A stretch of 26,759 nt of DNA, taken from Candidatus Micrarchaeota archaeon (GTDB lineage Archaea; Micrarchaeota; Micrarchaeia; Norongarragalinales; SBBD01). The notes beneath the pieces are model-generated. The model saw only the letters and a program-made list of their open reading frames with translations. It ran no database searches and was not told the origin of the DNA. How positions within the stretch are numbered: position 1 is the first letter of the stretch; each line of letters begins with the position of its first letter. The position numbers and the translations under genes were made by a program. The stretch is taken from positions 1 to 26,759 of the forward strand of contig JAZDGU010000001.1 of NCBI GenBank assembly GCA_043806595.1, written 5' to 3'. Of this stretch, positions 23,857 to 26,759 are shown one piece after another.

Positions 23857-24381
23857 TCAATTCACCGTGTAAATCTCGAATCCGTTGTCCTCGTAGACGC
23901 GCACGAAGTACGGCGGCACCATCTTGCCCCTTTCCGGCTCAAGCCACCCGAAGCCCGCGAATACCTGCCTGTTGGGCATAAGCACGTACTTGGCCTTGTA
24001 TTTCTTGGCAATCTCCGCGGCCTTGTCCGCGTCCTTGGTCTTGTAGAACTCGTCGATCTTCGCCATGCGGTCGACGACCCCGGGCACGATGGCCCAGTCG
24101 CCGCCCTCCGTGCCTTCCCTGAGCGTGTTGCCCATCAGGTGCTCGCCACCGAAGATGTCCGTTACGAAGACATCCCTCTCGTTCGTGTTCTCCAGCACCC
24201 ATTGCACGGACTTGGATTCCTCGAGGGTGACCACGGGGTTCATCCACGAGCCGGTCTGCCAGATGGCCTTGTTGACGTCCTCGTTAGTCTGGAAGACGAT
24301 TACTGCGAAAAGCAATGCAACTGCCGCCAAGGCCGCGAGCCTGAGCGAGCCGCGGTTCTCTGAGACGAAAGACTTGAGCAA
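23857..24381 (-). CDS. Single-TM protein resembling the soluble C-terminal domain of GT-C/AglB-like enzymes
   Basis: SVQWVLENTNERDVFVTD...KKYKAKYVL...RVYEDNGFEIY; TTG start preceded by GGAGG. Confidence 0.7.
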   Translation of the reverse strand: MLKSFVSENRGSLRLAALAAVALLFAVIVFQTNEDVNKAIWQTGSWMNPVVTLEESKSVQWVLENTNERDVFVTDIFGGEHLMGNTLREGTEGGDWAIVPGVVDRMAKIDEFYKTKDADKAAEIAKKYKAKYVLMPNRQVFAGFGWLEPERGKMVPPYFVRVYEDNGFEIYTVN

Positions 24382-24457
24382 GTGTAAAACCCCCCTCCAA
24401 CAGTAAGCCCGGAAACCAATAAAAACCTTTTAAGACACGCGCCGGCACTAGATTCGC

Positions 24458-24997
24458 ATGCGCCTGTTCCTTGCAGTCGAAATTCCCGAGGAAATCCGCG
24501 CCAAGCTCGAGACAACAGTACTCGATGCCAGAAGGCTCGGAATCCCCGCCTCTTTCAGCAAAACAGACCAACTCCACATAACCTTGCTGTTCCTCGGCGA
24601 GAAAACCGACGCACAGCTCGCGGAAATACGGGGGAAGCTCTCCGGCCTTAATTCGCAGAAATTCAAGATGTTCATCCAGGGCGCCGGGTTCTTCCCAAGC
24701 GATAGGTTCATCCGCGTGTTCTGGGCCGGCGCGCAGGATTCCTACGGCGAGCTGCACGCCCTGCACACGCAGGTCTGCACCCTGCTCGATTCGCGGCCGG
24801 AACCCAACTACGCCGGCCACATCACGCTCGCAAGGGTCAAGTCGCCGGACAACCTGCAGTCGCTTCGCGACCTCCGCAGGACGCTTGAGGGCGTGCAATT
24901 CGGCGAGTTCACGGTTTCAGAAATCGTGCTGAAGAAGAGCACGCTCACGCCGGAGGGCGCGGCCTATGAAGACTTAAATACGTTCCCGCTCAAATAA
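24458..24997 (+). CDS. thpR: RNA 2',3'-cyclic phosphodiesterase / 2'-5' RNA ligase (2H family)
   Basis: MRLFLAV, two HxT motifs (LHITLLFLG, GHITLARVK), STLTPEGAAYE. Confidence 0.95.
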   Translation: MRLFLAVEIPEEIRAKLETTVLDARRLGIPASFSKTDQLHITLLFLGEKTDAQLAEIRGKLSGLNSQKFKMFIQGAGFFPSDRFIRVFWAGAQDSYGELHALHTQVCTLLDSRPEPNYAGHITLARVKSPDNLQSLRDLRRTLEGVQFGEFTVSEIVLKKSTLTPEGAAYEDLNTFPLK

Positions 24998-25035
24998 CTC
25001 CGCGCTCGCGGGCCCATGCGCCAGAGGGCGCTGAT

Positions 25036-25156
25036 GCCGAGGTGGCGGAATCCGGTAACGCGCTAGACTCGAGTTCCCCGACGCCGTGAGGCGGAGGGAA
25101 TGCGGGCAATCTAGTTCGCCGCAAGGCGAGTATGGGTTCAAATCCCATCCTCGGCG
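25036..25156 (+). tRNA. tRNA-Ser(CGA) with a 35-nt intron at 37/38 (25074..25108)
   Basis: Acceptor GCCGAGG/CCTCGGC, anticodon stem CTAGA/TCTAG, anticodon CGA at 25070..25072, central helix CTCG/CGGG with CAA bulge, variable arm TCGCC-GCAA-GGCGA. Confidence 0.93.
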
Positions 25157-25225
25157 CTTACAGTTGAACTACAAATCCCAACAATTATAAAGGAGAAAGG
25201 GGGTTAGTTGTTGGGTGGCCTGGCT

Positions 25226-26524
25226 ATGTCGGAATATGTGGACTTCTCCAAGAGGATAAACGCAACAAAACGCCGAATAGAAACCGGCTCGTTCAATAAG
25301 AACACCAAGATTTTTACAAAGACCACGATAACGCCGTATAACCGGAAGATCATTTACCGCTTTCAAGAATTCATGCAAGGCGAGGGACTATCCGACGCAA
25401 GGATAGACACCAACCTGGATAAAGTGCGGATTATTGCGGAATTCCTTTCGCCCAAGAAACTGGACAAGGTATCCCGGCACGACATAGAGCTATTAACCGG
25501 CTCTTGGGAGAAGGCCATTAACGCCAAGACCGGCAAGCCCTGGACAGCTCAAACAAAGGCAACATACCGCGCCGTCTTAAAAAAATTCTACCGTTGGCTA
25601 CTTGGAGAGCGCGGGCAATCTCCAGAGCAAACCTATTGGATAAAGACTACTGTTCGGCAGGTTGAACGGGAAACATACAACCCCAACGAATGTTTTAGCG
25701 AAGAGGACATAATGAAGCTGATAGAGGCCGCCCCGGACATGATGCAAAAGACTTTCGTAGCCTGTGGTTACGACAGCGCCGCACGGCCGGAGGAACTATG
25801 CACGTTGGAGGTCGGCGATTGCGTAATAGACGGAAGTAGCACTAAATTCAGGGTGCGGAAGGGCAAGATGGGGCAAAGAATGATTAGCCTAGTATTGTTT
25901 CCGCAATATCTAACCAAGTGGCTAAACGTCCATCCGGACAGGCACAAACCCCATGCACCGCTTTGGTTTATTCGGAGCAACAACAAGGGAAAGAAGAATA
26001 AAAAACAAAAAAATATACCCTTAATTCCTATCTCGCATCGGGGCGCGTACAATATGTTTCGGTTGTTATGTGAAAAGGCCAAATTGAAGGGCAGAAAGTG
26101 GAACTTGTATAACCTTCGGCACTCTTACGCCACCAATGGAGCCAAGAAAGGCGTACCAATAGAGATAATGTCCAAACACCTGGGGCACACGAACATTAAA
26201 CAGACGATGAAATACTATCATCTCTCGGAGCAGGACGTAGCCAGGGCATTACGCAAAGCCCACGGCGAGATAGTTGAAGAGGAGGAAAAGAAGGAGAGCA
26301 AACTCACTCCGCACAAGTGCGGAAGGTGCGGAACCGTAAACGATGCGATGATGATGTTTTGCGGGGTATGCACTGCACCACTTACTTTAGAGGTTGCGGC
26401 CAAAGTGCAAGATCAACAGCAGAAGGCGATAGAGGCAGCCGTGGCAGCCCAATTTAAAGCATTGTCCAAGGCAGAGAAAATCGCCAAGTTGAAATCCGCG
26501 ATTAAAGAAAAAAAGGGTGCTTGA
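25226..26524 (+). CDS. Tyrosine recombinase/integrase with C-terminal Zn ribbon
   Basis: SAARPEEL (R), YNLRHS (HxxR with Y at the first position), HLGH, TMKYYHL (catalytic Y), CGRC...CGVC; start ATG 25226 or TTG 25208. Confidence 0.93.
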   Translation: MSEYVDFSKRINATKRRIETGSFNKNTKIFTKTTITPYNRKIIYRFQEFMQGEGLSDARIDTNLDKVRIIAEFLSPKKLDKVSRHDIELLTGSWEKAINAKTGKPWTAQTKATYRAVLKKFYRWLLGERGQSPEQTYWIKTTVRQVERETYNPNECFSEEDIMKLIEAAPDMMQKTFVACGYDSAARPEELCTLEVGDCVIDGSSTKFRVRKGKMGQRMISLVLFPQYLTKWLNVHPDRHKPHAPLWFIRSNNKGKKNKKQKNIPLIPISHRGAYNMFRLLCEKAKLKGRKWNLYNLRHSYATNGAKKGVPIEIMSKHLGHTNIKQTMKYYHLSEQDVARALRKAHGEIVEEEEKKESKLTPHKCGRCGTVNDAMMMFCGVCTAPLTLEVAAKVQDQQQKAIEAAVAAQFKALSKAEKIAKLKSAIKEKKGA

Positions 26525-26642
26525 ATTGGACGAATGGCATACCGTCAGATACAAGGCACGAAAACAAAGAGAGTACCAAAAAAGAAAACAAAAAAAACTC
26601 GATAAAATAATTAATTATATTATGCGTATCAAGTAATTTCTT

Positions 26643-26686
26643 AAATCTTGCGTGCAAGATTTTCGCCGTCGTCCGGACGACGGCGA
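26643..26686. repeat. Two abutting palindromes downstream of the integrase
   Basis: AAATCTTGC-GT-GCAAGATTT (26643..26662) followed directly by the perfect 24-bp palindrome TCGCCGTCGTCCGGACGACGGCGA (26663..26686). Confidence 0.8.
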
Positions 26687-26759
26687 GAACCGTGCCCCCA
26701 ACTTTTCTAATGACGGTTTAGCTGAAGCGTATATCGTTTATTATATCACTTGGTAGGGG

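Larger units (their letters stand above)
25157..26759. mobile_element. Left end of an integrated element (provirus/ICE/island) at tRNA-Ser(CGA)
   Basis: Integrase 70 bp downstream of the tRNA and an abrupt shift to AT-richer sequence; the second att site is not in the window. Confidence 0.75.

Noticed and set aside
22404..23981. 525-aa plus-strand ORF
   Set aside because: Antisense to a coherent membrane-protein gene; Arg/Glu/His-rich composition typical of shadow frames.

Overview
GC-rich archaeal chromosomal window. The archaeal-type AlaRS, aEF-2 with the diphthamide His, geranylgeranyl reductase, TATA/BRE promoters, leaderless genes and BHB tRNA introns support this. A DPANN/Micrarchaeota-like origin is inferred, not proven. 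Left to right it contains: the end of an IS5-family element (transposase with an in-frame TAG plus a divergent Cas2/VapD-like small ORF), a GT-C-type membrane protein, a minus-strand translation block (RelA/SpoT-like gene, alaS, alaX, an unannotated structured RNA, aEF-2), housekeeping and membrane genes, tRNA-Ser(TGA) followed by a RelE-type TA pair bracketed by a tRNA 3'-end duplication, tRNA-Arg(CCG) with a 100-nt intron and another 3'-end duplication, three membrane glycosylation-type genes, thpR, and intron-containing tRNA-Ser(CGA) followed by the integrase of an AT-richer integrated element. Two observations stand out. (1) A multi-domain, RelA-like RSH (dead HD, apparently intact synthetase, TGS-like domain) lies directly upstream of alaS/alaX in an archaeon. 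(2) A ~210-nt stand-alone RNA has its own BRE-TATA promoter, a T-tract and a long closing stem with a correctly oriented bulge-helix-bulge/loop motif, which predicts a ~172-nt excised, possibly circular RNA. All calls come from reading motifs by eye; no database searches or folding programs were run.
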